Part shown: one piece after another, positions 1-10,298 of the stretch | Layout of the letters: each line of letters begins with the position of its first letter | Numbering within the stretch: position 1 is the stretch's first letter | Source of the DNA: an uncultured Methanosarcinales archaeon | GTDB lineage: Archaea > Nanobdellota > Nanobdellia > Woesearchaeales > CAZPJY01 | Assembly (NCBI GenBank): GCA_964587045.1 | Contig: CAZPJY010000015.1 | Span: forward strand, 1-45,139 | Length of the DNA stretch: 45,139 nt | Reading direction: 5' to 3' | Made by a program: the position numbers and the translations under genes | Notes under the pieces: model-generated | Seen by the model: only the letters and a program-made list of their open reading frames with translations | Databases searched by the model: none | Told to the model about the DNA's origin: nothing

Positions 1-282
1 CCAGCGCACGTGTCAGTGCGACGCAGAAGGCAGCAGAACTTCCAAGCCCAGCTCAAAGAAGTGGAGTCTGCCATAGAGGAAGTCAATAAGACGTCAAAAG
101 CTTACAAGATTATCGGTAATGTTATGGTAGCCAGGTCCAAGTCCGAACTCCTAAAAGACCTCAGTAGCAAAAAGGAGATGGCCGAGCTGAGGATAAAGAC
201 CATCGAGAAGCAGGAAGAGAAGGTCAAGGAGAAGGTGCAGAAGCTTCAGGATGAAGTAATGGCAGAGATGAACAAGAAGTGA
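1..282 (+). CDS. pfdB: Prefoldin beta subunit (5'-partial)
   Basis: Coiled coil - AYKIIGNVMV hairpin - coiled coil typical of prefoldin beta; frame open from position 1; the first codons look unreliable (contig edge). Confidence 0.85.
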   Translation, partial: PAHVSVRRRRQQNFQAQLKEVESAIEEVNKTSKAYKIIGNVMVARSKSELLKDLSSKKEMAELRIKTIEKQEEKVKEKVQKLQDEVMAEMNKK

Positions 283-287
283 TCATA

Positions 288-536
288 ATGGAAGATAAGG
301 TTAAGTCGATTATAGTGGCCCTTGAGGAGCTGACTGGGGACAACACAGTACCCAGGAACGTAAGGACTAAACTCGAGAACACGATAAAGGCGCTTAAGGA
401 AGAAAGCGAGCTTTCCATTCGGATAAACAAAGCTCTGAATGAGCTCGACGAAATCTCAGATGATACTAACATCCAGCCTTACACCAGAACCCAGATTTGG
501 AACATAGTTAGTCTCCTTGAGACTGTGCTTTCCTAG
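288..536 (+). CDS. UPF0147 family archaeal protein
   Basis: D.TVPRNVR ... LDEISDD.NI..YTRTQIWNIVS.LE signature; ATG at 288. Confidence 0.9.
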   Translation: MEDKVKSIIVALEELTGDNTVPRNVRTKLENTIKALKEESELSIRINKALNELDEISDDTNIQPYTRTQIWNIVSLLETVLS

Positions 537-1056
537 GTCTCACAAGTTTCTCTTTTCTCATCCTGTCGTAAGGGACGAGCAGCTTGTCTCCGGATGCGCT
601 CTCAAGCTCGCATTCCAAAAGGCCTTTTCGCATGATGGTGCCCTCAAGCGTGCCGACGCGGACATATTCACCTACGTCCAGCCCTCCCCTGAGCAGGAGG
701 CCGGCATACCACCTCGGAAAGAAGTCAAGGAGTCCGACAAGGAACGATACGAGAATCCCCAAGGCGATGACAACCGCCGCGATGTATACCATCTTCTGCG
801 TGACCCCCAGGCTTTTTAGAACCATAAAGATTGTGTAAAGGTAGATAGCAAATGATACGAGAGTTCCAGCGGTCTTCTCAACAGCAAGCTTCCGCTTGAC
901 AGCCTTCCTGAAGAATTCATTCAGGTACAGTTCGTGGAGACCTTTTTCCACGAACTTGCCCACCACCCTGCCCACGACGAATCCTGCCATGAGTATAAAG
1001 CTTGCGACTATCAGTTTGATGTGCCATCCGCTGTAAAGGTAGGTGGGCTCGAGCAT
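508..1056 (-). CDS. Small MscS-like mechanosensitive channel membrane protein
   Basis: Three hydrophobic helices followed by the VGEYVRVGTLEGTI...LVPY beta domain motif. Confidence 0.7.
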   Translation of the reverse strand: MLEPTYLYSGWHIKLIVASFILMAGFVVGRVVGKFVEKGLHELYLNEFFRKAVKRKLAVEKTAGTLVSFAIYLYTIFMVLKSLGVTQKMVYIAAVVIALGILVSFLVGLLDFFPRWYAGLLLRGGLDVGEYVRVGTLEGTIMRKGLLECELESASGDKLLVPYDRMRKEKLVRPRKAQSQGD

Positions 1057-1061
1057 ATGTC

Positions 1062-1946
1062 CTATTCACCAGAGGAAATATTTAAATCCACCGAGTGGAG
1101 ATAGTCCTTCTTAGAAATGTGCTTCCTTGAGAGGTGGGCCAAAGCCACATGGAATCTGCTGCCGTACTGGGCCGCCCTCTTCTTCCTGTCATAGAAAGGA
1201 ATGTCGAGATCTGAAGCGAGCTCCCTCAGGACGATCTTATCCCTCCCTCCGCTACATTTCCATTTGTCAGGCATCCTGAACGACAAGTGCACCACGGATG
1301 GATGCAGAAAGGGGAAGACACCCCTCACGGAATAAGCATCTGCGATTGCGTTCTCGCGCACGATGTCCTGGTCCCAGCACTTCCTAAGGCCCCGTATGCA
1401 TTCTGCTGTCACATCCTCCGCAAGCCTGTGCCTCTGGTAGCCTGCGAAGGTTTCCTCAGCCCCAAGGCCTCCCACAATCGTGTCAAAGCCGTCCTTTTTG
1501 GCTTCGGATATCGCCGCAATCTCCACAGCCGCGACGCTCGCCTTCACCACGTCTTGCCCCACCAACTGGACCGCCTTCCTGAAAGCTTTTTCAGCCTGTG
1601 GCAGGTTCAATAGTCTGGTCTTCAGCCTGATGCCCAAGCTTTGGGCAATCCTGTCAGCGAACTCGAGGTCTTCAGGATATTTGGTAGTCTCACCTTTGAA
1701 ACCGACGCAGTATGCGGTAAACTCCCTGCCTTCCATCAACCTCGCCAGGAGGGCCGAGTCGACCCCGCCTGAGAATAGAAGGGCTGATCTTCCTTGCGGC
1801 AGCGCGGCTTTCAATGACTCCTCAAGCAATTCCTTTGCTCTCGAGAAGGATTTCAGGTCGGGAAGCTGCCCGCTCTTTAACTTGAGCTCGTCCTTCCCGA
1901 TTATCCCGAGTATCCGTTCCCATTCTTCAGGAAGAATCTCCCTCAC
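1062..1946 (-). CDS. Asparagine synthetase C-terminal-domain (PP-loop ATPase) protein
   Basis: LFSGGVDS PP-loop, GLGAEETFAGY, PFLH, DKIVLR, KKRAAQYGS; no glutaminase domain. Confidence 0.85.
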   Translation of the reverse strand: MREILPEEWERILGIIGKDELKLKSGQLPDLKSFSRAKELLEESLKAALPQGRSALLFSGGVDSALLARLMEGREFTAYCVGFKGETTKYPEDLEFADRIAQSLGIRLKTRLLNLPQAEKAFRKAVQLVGQDVVKASVAAVEIAAISEAKKDGFDTIVGGLGAEETFAGYQRHRLAEDVTAECIRGLRKCWDQDIVRENAIADAYSVRGVFPFLHPSVVHLSFRMPDKWKCSGGRDKIVLRELASDLDIPFYDRKKRAAQYGSRFHVALAHLSRKHISKKDYLHSVDLNISSGE

Positions 1947-2181
1947 CCAAAGCAGGCTTGAGCTTCTCTATCAGCCTTAGGACAGCGTCGGCCTCTTCCG
2001 CTGTTAGACGCCCGAGCTTCACGGGTGATAGTTCCCCGTCAGCCCGTTTCATGCGCCTTCCCAGCTGGATCTTCTTTTGGCCTTCTGCGTACTGCATGAC
2101 CGAGGCTACTATGACTGTCCTTTCTCCAACTTCTTCCTGTTCCTCTTTTATGGTCTTGTCTTCTTCTGGGTTGTATGGCAT
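1927..2181 (-). CDS. Small hypothetical protein, possible PC4-like ssDNA-binding fold
   Basis: SVMQY.EG.KKIQLGR...GE...KLGRLT.EE pattern; in an operon with its neighbours. Confidence 0.55.
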   Translation of the reverse strand: MPYNPEEDKTIKEEQEEVGERTVIVASVMQYAEGQKKIQLGRRMKRADGELSPVKLGRLTAEEADAVLRLIEKLKPALGEGDSS

Positions 2182-2185
2182 CTTG

Positions 2186-4084
2186 TTACCTCCTATACCT
2201 CAATAAATAGCATTCGTGGACCGCAAGAACGGACGCGAATTCTGAGACCTTATCCTTGATGGAATCAGTCCCCATCTTTCCTTCCAGCTTCTTGTCGAAA
2301 GAGACCTGCTCGAAGGTCGGCCGCTGGTGAACCGCCGCGGACCCAAGCGATGAGAAGAGATAATCTTCCGACAGCACCCATGAATCGCCGTCCGGAACGA
2401 GATATCCGAGCCGTTCCAGCTCCTCGCCGCCCTTGCCTACCCTCTTTTTTGAGAAGGCCTGCTTGAGGATGGCCAGCTGTAGAGAGCTGAGTGACTTGAG
2501 ATTGGGCAGCTTCTTGGTCTTGAACAGGTTGATGTCAGTGACGATCCTTCCTTCCACGGTCTCGACCACAACGGAGAACTGGCTGTCGCCCTTCTCGCAA
2601 TCGAGGATGAGAGCGGGCACGAGCTCGGTCCCCACCTCCTCAGTGTCGGACATCAATGCGAAATCCTTCTCTGAGAAGTTGGGCTTCAGCACGGATACCA
2701 TCTCCTCGTACTCCCTGACAGCGCCGACCGGCGACTCCAGCATGTCGACAGCATGCCCGCCGTGGAGGGATCTCCTAGGCCTGACCGCGACGATCAAAGG
2801 AGCGTCGACGACCCCTGTGACCAGTGCAGTGCCAACTGAAAGTTCCTTGATGGCGTTTTCGGTCTCTGCAGTGATCCCCTCAACGCTTGCGACCACGGCT
2901 TTCAGGTCGTTTGGGTTCGTGACCTTCAGGATTATCTGGGTGGTGCACTGGGAAAGCACTGACTTGTCGACCCTCGCGGGCCTCTGCGAAACGACGCACA
3001 GGCCAAGGCCGAACTTGCGCCCTTCAGAGGCAAGTGTGCGGAGGATCTTCGAGCATTTGGTCTCCCCAAAGGACCTTTCAGGACAGTAGTTATGGGCCTC
3101 TTCGACCACTGCGAAAAAGGGAGGTATGTCTCCACGCTTGCGGAGCTCGAAAAGGTCCTTTAGAAGCTTGTATACAATTATCTCCTGGACATCGGGAGGC
3201 ACCCCTTTGAGGTTGACCACCGTGGCGGCGCCGGGCCTAACCAGGTCGTGATATGGCGTGGCCGCCGCAGAGAATATGCTCAGCCTGTTGAGGTATTCCA
3301 CATTGTGAATGAGGGTCCATTTGGCGTTGTTCTCCTCCCTGTTAAGGTTAAGGAGCAGAGAATCGAAGTCTATGGTCTCCTCATGGCCGATTGCATTGTA
3401 CAGGATGCCCAGCTGGGACCCTGAGAGCTTGGGAAGCAGGTGGATTATCTCAGAGGACGAAAGGGCGCCCGGAAGCCGCAGGGGCTCAAGGGAAGGGTCA
3501 ATTGATATGTCCCCATACTCTTTTATGTTTTCGTAGCCCTTAGGCTCGATGCCCCAGCGAGCGAGCAGATCCTCGTCGCTGTTAGGACGCTTCATCTGGC
3601 CGTACTCCCCGTGTGGGTCGATGACCAGCAGGGGCACCTTCCTCTCCATGATCTCCTCGAGCAGAACGCCGACGGTGTACGACTTGCCTGCTCCTGACTT
3701 GGCCAGTATAGACACATGGGTTGTGAGGAGTGTGTTCAGGTTGAGGTTCACCTGTATGTCCTTGCCTTCCAGCTTTCCTATGAACGCCCCGTCCTCAAGC
3801 TTGACCACCTTTCTGATCAAGCCATCTTCAGCCTTCAGCACCTCAGAGCCCGGCTCGAAAGGCTTGAGTATGCCCCGGACGTGGCCTTGGTCGTCCGGGT
3901 AGCCTATCACGATGCATGTGGCTATGATTCCTTTCTCTGAGTGCTCAAGCTCTACAATCTGGCACAGGACGTATTCGTAGTCCTTGTGGTACACCTGGAT
4001 ATACTCAAATTTGGGCACATCTGACTCGACCCTGAACTTGAATTGCGAAGTCGTGGTCTTACCCACAATTCTGCCTAGAAGCAT
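2186..4084 (-). CDS. HerA-like (HAS barrel + DUF87) ATPase/helicase
   Basis: N-terminal GRIVG HAS barrel, Walker A AKSGAGKS, IDPHGEY, VEEAHNY, EGRKFG, SQRPA; start at ATG 4084. Confidence 0.9.
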   Translation of the reverse strand: MLLGRIVGKTTTSQFKFRVESDVPKFEYIQVYHKDYEYVLCQIVELEHSEKGIIATCIVIGYPDDQGHVRGILKPFEPGSEVLKAEDGLIRKVVKLEDGAFIGKLEGKDIQVNLNLNTLLTTHVSILAKSGAGKSYTVGVLLEEIMERKVPLLVIDPHGEYGQMKRPNSDEDLLARWGIEPKGYENIKEYGDISIDPSLEPLRLPGALSSSEIIHLLPKLSGSQLGILYNAIGHEETIDFDSLLLNLNREENNAKWTLIHNVEYLNRLSIFSAAATPYHDLVRPGAATVVNLKGVPPDVQEIIVYKLLKDLFELRKRGDIPPFFAVVEEAHNYCPERSFGETKCSKILRTLASEGRKFGLGLCVVSQRPARVDKSVLSQCTTQIILKVTNPNDLKAVVASVEGITAETENAIKELSVGTALVTGVVDAPLIVAVRPRRSLHGGHAVDMLESPVGAVREYEEMVSVLKPNFSEKDFALMSDTEEVGTELVPALILDCEKGDSQFSVVVETVEGRIVTDINLFKTKKLPNLKSLSSLQLAILKQAFSKKRVGKGGEELERLGYLVPDGDSWVLSEDYLFSSLGSAAVHQRPTFEQVSFDKKLEGKMGTDSIKDKVSEFASVLAVHECYLLRYRR

Positions 4085-4172
4085 GTTTTCCGGGGAAGCC
4101 GTCTTGCTTATTAAGCTTTCGCATCCGAAAGTAATAAAAAGGGTTGGGACTGTCCAATTGAAAGGTGATATT

Positions 4173-4409
4173 ATGGTTGATGAAAAGAACGATATGAGCA
4201 AAGAGGAGATGCTCGGCTTTCACAAGGGTTCCCTGAACACGCTTATCAAGGAGCGCCAGGAGTTGGCCAAGCTGCTTTCGATAGTCGAACAGCTCATGCA
4301 GATGCATATCAAAGCCTTAAAGGAACTCGGTTTCGATGTCGAAGCATTGAGCAAGGAAGCTGAAGAGAAGGCAAAGAAGGACGGTAAGAAGATTGAGGAC
4401 ATCGTGTGA
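4173..4409 (+). CDS. Small conserved helical hypothetical protein
   Basis: GGTGA RBS before ATG 4173; FHKGSLNTLIKERQEL helical motif; stop overlaps next gene. Confidence 0.7.
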   Translation: MVDEKNDMSKEEMLGFHKGSLNTLIKERQELAKLLSIVEQLMQMHIKALKELGFDVEALSKEAEEKAKKDGKKIEDIV

Positions 4410-5491
4410 TGTATCAGTTCTCCGCGCGCGGGCACCCGGCCACGCGTGCGACACATAAAAACACCATCGAGTTCACAAAGGACCTGCACCTGACAGTCAA
4501 GGGCGACTGCATTCTGGGGGTCGGGTCTGACTTCAGCAAGGCAGGCCTCAAAAGGCTCGTCAAATCGAAGCGCATCATGTGTGAGCTCTCGTGCGGAACG
4601 ACCAGCGACAGCTTCACCTTCTACCCGAACAGGGAGTTCAATGATGAGCACGAGGTGGTCATCAGGAGAGGCACTTTCCTATCGGAAAGGACCTACGGAA
4701 CCCGCTCCAGCAAGGCGGCACAGGACATAGACAGGAAACTCGTGGAGGCGATGCAAAAAGACTGTCAGATGAAGGTTTCCCTCAGGCCAGTAGGGCTCAA
4801 AGCTGTCCTGTTCGACTTCGATGACACCCTTGAGGACTGGAGCGGCTCGAGACCCAGAAGGTACGATGAGTGCACGCGGCTCGCCGCTGAACTCGGTCTC
4901 GAACCAGGAGAATTCATCAAGCGCTTCAAGGATATTGAGTACAGGTTCCTGACGCGGGAACGCTCGGTGGCGAAGTTCGACCGGACCCTCTGGTTTGGGG
5001 CTGCTTTGAAATCCTTCGGAATCGAAGACGGCAAGCTGGCAAGGAAGCTTTGCGACGCGTACTGGGAAGCGGCGTTGTCCTGCAAAGCCATGCCCGGGGC
5101 CCAAGAGCTGATACGTTCCCTCAAAGGGAAGTACAAACTTGGGATAATCTCGGATTCTGACGGCTCCAGAAGCATCAAGTTGAGACGTATGAAGCACCTC
5201 GGACTGTATGAGGATTTCAGAGCCGTGATCACCGGCGATGTCATAAAAGCAGTGAAGCCCGACATCAGGCTCTTCCAGCTTTCTGCCAAGCGCCTGGGCG
5301 TCAGGCCCGAGGAGATTCTAATGGTCGGAGACCATCCGGAAACTGACCTGTTGGGAGCAAAGCAGGTCGGCATGGCAACGTGCTGGATCAGGCACGGCTA
5401 CTGGAGCGACAACACAACAAAGAATTATCCTTACGTGGATTTCGTCATCGAGAGGATCGCCGATGTCAAGAAGGTGGTGAGGCTGCTATGA
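4406..5491 (+). CDS. DUF371 domain fused to HAD-family hydrolase
   Basis: N-term ARGHP..RATHKNTIEFTKD.HLT.KGDCILGV (DUF371); C-term FDFDDTL, KPD, MVGD..TD..GA (HAD motifs). Confidence 0.85.
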   Translation: MMYQFSARGHPATRATHKNTIEFTKDLHLTVKGDCILGVGSDFSKAGLKRLVKSKRIMCELSCGTTSDSFTFYPNREFNDEHEVVIRRGTFLSERTYGTRSSKAAQDIDRKLVEAMQKDCQMKVSLRPVGLKAVLFDFDDTLEDWSGSRPRRYDECTRLAAELGLEPGEFIKRFKDIEYRFLTRERSVAKFDRTLWFGAALKSFGIEDGKLARKLCDAYWEAALSCKAMPGAQELIRSLKGKYKLGIISDSDGSRSIKLRRMKHLGLYEDFRAVITGDVIKAVKPDIRLFQLSAKRLGVRPEEILMVGDHPETDLLGAKQVGMATCWIRHGYWSDNTTKNYPYVDFVIERIADVKKVVRLL

Positions 5492-5928
5492 AGAAGACAC
5501 TCCGCAAGTCAGAGGTCCGTGAACTGAACCAGGAGCTTGAGCGCTTCGGATTCGAGCTGGGCAAGAAGCAGAGGGTGGAGGTAGATGAGGGGATAATATC
5601 GGTCGACGGAACTCCAAGATTCTTCCGGCACGACAAAAAGCTTGTCCCGCTGCTCAAAGAGATGCCGGACCTGGACATGCGAAAGGTGGTGGTGGACATG
5701 CCCGCCGTCTCCTTCATGGTAAAGGGGGCAGATGTCATGAGGCCAGGCATCACCATGATAGATGACGGAATCGCGAAGGGCGATCCTGTCCTAGTCGTGG
5801 ACGAGCGGCACGGCAAGGCTCTCGCGGTCGGAATAGCGCTCTTCTCAAGCGAGGAGATGAGGTCGATGGAGAAGGGCAAGGTAATAGAGAACATCCATCA
5901 CGTCGGTGACACTCTCTGGGACGCTTAG
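5488..5928 (+). CDS. PUA-domain RNA-binding protein
   Basis: VVVDMPAV.FM.KGADVMRPGI ... KGK.IENIHHVGD.LW; ATG 5488. Confidence 0.9.
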   Translation: MKKTLRKSEVRELNQELERFGFELGKKQRVEVDEGIISVDGTPRFFRHDKKLVPLLKEMPDLDMRKVVVDMPAVSFMVKGADVMRPGITMIDDGIAKGDPVLVVDERHGKALAVGIALFSSEEMRSMEKGKVIENIHHVGDTLWDA

Positions 5929-6371
5929 TCTCTGCTCCTCACTCGCCTCTCCTTTGGCATGTAGTTGAGTATCGAGTTGGGAGTGGCCTTCCCGGTGCCG
6001 AAGAAGTCGTTCCCATGGCGGACGATGACGAACCCCAAGGTCCCCCACCTGTTGGTGATGTTCTCCCCCCTGCTGTACTCGAACATCTCCCTGTCATCGA
6101 GATCGATCACGTTCCGCTTGGCGGTGGGGCCGACCAGCTGCGAGCCCTCTATGCTCAGTCTGATCATCCCGCTGACGAGCTCTGCAAAGTACAAGCCAAA
6201 AGAGTTGGCCCTCTGGATCTGCAGGTCGAACATCTCCTTGCGGGCCAGTATTATCCTGTCCCTGTTGGTCTTCACGATAACGTCATCTGTTGAGAACTCA
6301 GAACTGAACCTCTCGTTTACCTGTTCGATGAATCGGCGGGCCTCCTTCTTGTTCAGGATAGTGTATCTCAT
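5925..6371 (-). CDS. NIP7/RsmF-C-like PUA ribosome biogenesis protein
   Basis: GLYFA....IRLSIEGSQLVGP.A.RN ... GFVIV...G.GK...LNY.PKERR. Confidence 0.8.
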   Translation of the reverse strand: MRYTILNKKEARRFIEQVNERFSSEFSTDDVIVKTNRDRIILARKEMFDLQIQRANSFGLYFAELVSGMIRLSIEGSQLVGPTAKRNVIDLDDREMFEYSRGENITNRWGTLGFVIVRHGNDFFGTGKATPNSILNYMPKERRVRSRD

Positions 6372-8141
6372 CTAAACCCCCCACAACTGGTTCTCCTTCC
6401 TCATAATCTCAGCTATCTCCTTAAGGATTTCGACCTGCTCTTTGGAAAGGAGCCGCTTCTTCTCCTTTAGCTTCCTGAACTCGTCTTCCCTTATGAAAGA
6501 GTAAAGTATGTCACCTTCTTCGACTTGCCTTCCTATGGTTACGTGGTCCATGGACGCAGCCACCTGCTTTCCACGCTGAGCTTCGGTAATGTTCTTCCCC
6601 TCGCTCTGAATGCTGTGTATCGTGCTGATGTTCTTCCCGTTCTTCATAATGGGCGTTCCCGCAAAGAGCACTCCGGAAATCACGTCGATTCCGCAGACTG
6701 CGGGGTTGCTCTGCCTGAATATGTACCCCTTCATTACCTCCAGCTTGACCGGCATGGTCACTCCCTCCAGCTCCTTGGATTCGAGCCTGATCTTGGTCTC
6801 CTCCTGCCACTTCTCGAAACCCTCCAGGAGCTTGTAGATGATGTCGCCCGTGATGACCTTAACCGTGTCCAGCCCAGATGTGTCCTCCACGTTGAAACCG
6901 ACGACAGCTGCAAGCAAGGGGGTCTTTTCGGTATTGGATTCGGCATCCATAACATCCCTCTTGGTGATAGGCCCCACGCCAGTTCGGCGTATCGGGATTC
7001 CCTTCTCGGTGAAGAGCTTTGTGACCGCTTCCACAGATCCAATCGTGTCGGCCTTGATTATGATTCCTTCATCTCCAGTCTCAATGAAGGCTTCAGTGAC
7101 GTCCCTGGTCACCTCTCTTTTGGCCTCTTCGACTTCATCGGACCCGCAAGACACGATAGGCATGCCTGCCATCACATCGTCGGTTCCGGGGGCAGATATC
7201 TTCACACCGATGGCCGCGGCAGCCTCCTTGACAGGCAGGAACTTTGCTTTGCGGTCCCTCATCTCATTGAGGGGCTTGGGCTGCAGCAGCGCCCTCACCT
7301 TCGACACTATAGGCTCCCCATCCAAGGTGCCAATCACGATGGTATCATTGCACCTGAGGATGCCGTCGTAAATGATCACATCCATTGTGGTCCCAAGGCC
7401 CTGCACGTCCTTGACCTCCAGGATAGTCCCCTTGGCGTTGGCTCCCAGGTCGCATTTGGTCTTGTCAGCGAGGAACCTCTGCGCGAGGCCTGCAATCATC
7501 ACGAGCAGCTCAGGCATGCCGGCACCGGTTTCGGCAGAGCAGGGCACTATCGCGACCTGCTTGGTGAAATCCTTCACCCTGTCGTAGCGCTCGCTCTCGA
7601 AACCGTACTCATAGACCTTGGCCACCAGCTCGTAAAGCTTGTTGTCCAGAGCCTTCTGGACGTCCTGCGCCTGTTCCTTGATGCGGGGCAAGAGGAACTG
7701 CTCTTCACGGCGCTCCCTCCATCCCGGTATCAGGTCCACCTTGTTTGCCGCGACTATGAATGGGGTCTTGAACTGCTTGAGTATCTCGATGGCCTCTATA
7801 GTTTGCGGCTTGAATCCCTCATTGATGTCGACTACAAGTATAGCAATATCAGCCAGATTGCCCCCTCTCTTCCTCAGGCTGGTAAACGCAGCGTGCCCGG
7901 GAGTGTCGATGAACAGCAGCCCGGGCATTGACAGGTCGAGCTTCATGGCTGACAGCAGCTTGCCGCAGAATTTCCTGATGGACTCTATTGGCACGATGCT
8001 GGCGCCGATTGCCTGCGTTATCCTCCCAGCTTCCCCAGAAACGATGGAGGTGCCCCTGATTCTGTCCAGAATCGAAGACTTTCCGTGATCTACGTGCCCT
8101 ACGACAACGCAGATCGGTGAGCGCTGGCAAACCTGTGTCAT
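6372..8141 (-). CDS. infB: Archaeal translation initiation factor 2 (aIF5B)
   Basis: RSPI, GHVDHGKS, ITQAIGA, DTPGH, NKVD, FRQSNPA; ATG at 8141. Confidence 0.97.
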   Translation of the reverse strand: MTQVCQRSPICVVVGHVDHGKSSILDRIRGTSIVSGEAGRITQAIGASIVPIESIRKFCGKLLSAMKLDLSMPGLLFIDTPGHAAFTSLRKRGGNLADIAILVVDINEGFKPQTIEAIEILKQFKTPFIVAANKVDLIPGWRERREEQFLLPRIKEQAQDVQKALDNKLYELVAKVYEYGFESERYDRVKDFTKQVAIVPCSAETGAGMPELLVMIAGLAQRFLADKTKCDLGANAKGTILEVKDVQGLGTTMDVIIYDGILRCNDTIVIGTLDGEPIVSKVRALLQPKPLNEMRDRKAKFLPVKEAAAAIGVKISAPGTDDVMAGMPIVSCGSDEVEEAKREVTRDVTEAFIETGDEGIIIKADTIGSVEAVTKLFTEKGIPIRRTGVGPITKRDVMDAESNTEKTPLLAAVVGFNVEDTSGLDTVKVITGDIIYKLLEGFEKWQEETKIRLESKELEGVTMPVKLEVMKGYIFRQSNPAVCGIDVISGVLFAGTPIMKNGKNISTIHSIQSEGKNITEAQRGKQVAASMDHVTIGRQVEEGDILYSFIREDEFRKLKEKKRLLSKEQVEILKEIAEIMRKENQLWGV

Positions 8142-8243
8142 AATGGTAGAGAATGGGCAGGTGTTTTTAAAATTTTTCACAGGTAAAATTTATATAGGTG
8201 CTTGACTTGTCCCTATTCAATAATAGTACTAGGAGGGGTTCCG

Positions 8244-8582
8244 ATGAAATACGCAATCTTGGCTTTCCTGCTTTTCGCAGTCGCCTTCGGGAGCATAGCC
8301 TCAGAGGAGGTCTACCAGGGGCGCGAACTCGCACTGCATGTGAACGTGGTCAATAATGGGGACAGGTCGGCACACGACCTGGCGATAAGGGCATACGTCC
8401 CCGATTTGGGGATTTTCGCCGTCAGCAGGCCCTTCGATTTGGAAAGCGACGACAGCCAGGGAAGAATGATATTCATCGACCTGCCCGCATACGAGATTGG
8501 GCCCGGCCTATACCCCGTCAGGCTCAGCGTCTCCAACGATGACTTCAGGGAGACGCGTTACACGTGGGTATACTTCAACTGA
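8244..8582 (+). CDS. Small secreted Ig-like (CARDB-like) protein
   Basis: GGAGG RBS, signal peptide, V.N.G...A ... PG.YPVR.SV Ig-like pattern. Confidence 0.65.
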   Translation: MKYAILAFLLFAVAFGSIASEEVYQGRELALHVNVVNNGDRSAHDLAIRAYVPDLGIFAVSRPFDLESDDSQGRMIFIDLPAYEIGPGLYPVRLSVSNDDFRETRYTWVYFN

Positions 8583-8583
8583 G

Positions 8584-9177
8584 ATGCTCAGCGCACTTCG
8601 CATCGGAGCGTTGCTGGGCTTAATAGAGGCAGTTGCGTTCCTCACCCTCCAAGCGCCCATAGGTCCTGTACTGGTTAGAGGCCTCATAGTCGGCGCTGTG
8701 GCTGCGCTGGCAATCGTCTTGGCCACCAGGCTTGGGATCAGGGTAAACGGAGTCAAGGTCACAAGGATCAGCACGGCCTACACGCTGGCCATGGGAGGTG
8801 CAATTCTGTTCCTGATATTCCTGTTCCAGGTGCTGGCTCCCAGACCAAGGAGCTACTTGGACATAGCGGTGCTCGGCGCAGCTTCTGCTTGCTTCGCAGG
8901 ATTGGTCGTCGTTCTCCTATTCAACGTCCTGAAGCTGCCATTCAGGCTGGTCGCTGACGGCAAGGGAGCGTCAATAACCTGGATAAGCCCAGCCATTGCC
9001 GTCTACCTCGGCCTCTACGAGGCCCTGTTCATGGTATGGCAGGAAGCAGTATCTCCCCTGACAGGGAACGTCCCTGCCGGGTTTGCCCTCTGGTTCGTCG
9101 GAGGGCTGGTTGCAGGGACCGCAGCTGTTTCTGCCATGGGGAAGACTTGGAAGCACCCTCTCATTCGAAAAGCCTAA
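8584..9177 (+). CDS. Multi-pass membrane protein of unknown function
   Basis: About six hydrophobic segments; starts 1 nt after the upstream stop. Confidence 0.65.
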   Translation: MLSALRIGALLGLIEAVAFLTLQAPIGPVLVRGLIVGAVAALAIVLATRLGIRVNGVKVTRISTAYTLAMGGAILFLIFLFQVLAPRPRSYLDIAVLGAASACFAGLVVVLLFNVLKLPFRLVADGKGASITWISPAIAVYLGLYEALFMVWQEAVSPLTGNVPAGFALWFVGGLVAGTAAVSAMGKTWKHPLIRKA

Positions 9178-9202
9178 ATAATCACCACCACCCCCTTTGG
9201 CC

Positions 9203-10249
9203 ATGGAATACATCGTCGAGGGCAAGGCCCGCATCATGGCTTCCAGGCCCAGGATTGTTGACAAGAGTATGCCTGTGTTCTACAACCCTGTGATGAAGCT
9301 AAACAGGGACCTCTCCATCCTGCTGCTGGCGGCTCTGGGTAAGGGCTTCGTGGTCGCCGATCCGCTTGCAGGCAGCGGAATAAGGACCCTGAGGTTCCTG
9401 TGCGAGCTTCCGAAAGGCCGCGTCGGGCATATATTCTCCAACGACATCAAGCCGGGTTTTTCTGCTATGATGAAAAGACTCGTCGGAGAGAACGGCGCCG
9501 ACGCCACGATGGTGACTGTGACCGAGCAGGACGCAAACGTCTTCCTCACCCGGTCGGGCGGTTTCGACTACATCGACATCGACCCGTTCGGAAGTCCCAA
9601 CCCATTCCTCGACGCTTCTCTCGAGAGGCTTTCCAGGGGAGGCGTGCTCGCGATCACTGCGACAGACACCTCCTCGCTTGCCGGCAGCTATCCGAAAGCA
9701 TGCATGCGCAAATACTGGGCGAAACCCCTGAGAAACGAGCTCAAGCATGAGGTGGGACTGCGGATCCTGATACGGAAGGCTCAGCTCGTGGGAGCCCAGT
9801 ACGACAAGGCGCTCATCCCCGTTTTCTCGTATTCGAGGGACCATTACATGCGAGTCTTCCTGCGCTGCGAGAAGAGCAAGAAGGCAGTGGACGGAGTGCT
9901 CTCCCAGCATGGAATGCTCTGGGATTCGGGCCCTTTCTGGCAGGGGCAGCTCTGGGACGGGGATGTCATATGCGGCATGCGGGAGGCTTCGGAGCTATTC
10001 TCAGGCTACACGACGGAAAAGGAGCTTTCCGGCATAAGGGATTTCCTAAGCCTGCTGGCGGACGAGGCCAGGGTTGGAGGGGTCGGCTTCCACGACCTGC
10101 ACGCGATAGCCAAGGATAAGAAGCTGGAAAGGCTCCCCAAGACCGGTGATGTGGTGGAGAGGTTGGTCTCAAGCGGACATGACGCCTCGAAGACCCATTT
10201 TTCTCCTTACGGGGTTCGGTCGGGAGCAGACATCTCCCAGTTCCTGTAG
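9203..10249 (+). CDS. trm1: tRNA (guanine-26-N2)-dimethyltransferase Trm1
   Basis: VFYNPVM.LNRD, LAGSGIR.LR, IDIDPFGSP, TATD, HEVGLRILI, THFS..G.RS. Confidence 0.95.
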   Translation: MEYIVEGKARIMASRPRIVDKSMPVFYNPVMKLNRDLSILLLAALGKGFVVADPLAGSGIRTLRFLCELPKGRVGHIFSNDIKPGFSAMMKRLVGENGADATMVTVTEQDANVFLTRSGGFDYIDIDPFGSPNPFLDASLERLSRGGVLAITATDTSSLAGSYPKACMRKYWAKPLRNELKHEVGLRILIRKAQLVGAQYDKALIPVFSYSRDHYMRVFLRCEKSKKAVDGVLSQHGMLWDSGPFWQGQLWDGDVICGMREASELFSGYTTEKELSGIRDFLSLLADEARVGGVGFHDLHAIAKDKKLERLPKTGDVVERLVSSGHDASKTHFSPYGVRSGADISQFL

Positions 10250-10298
10250 TCTTCTGGTTCTGCTTCCAGCTCTTCCTCTGTCCAGTAATCTTTCATCG

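Noticed and set aside
6525..7931. 468-aa + strand ORF
   Set aside because: Antisense shadow of aIF5B; no motifs. Long antisense frames are common with this codon bias.
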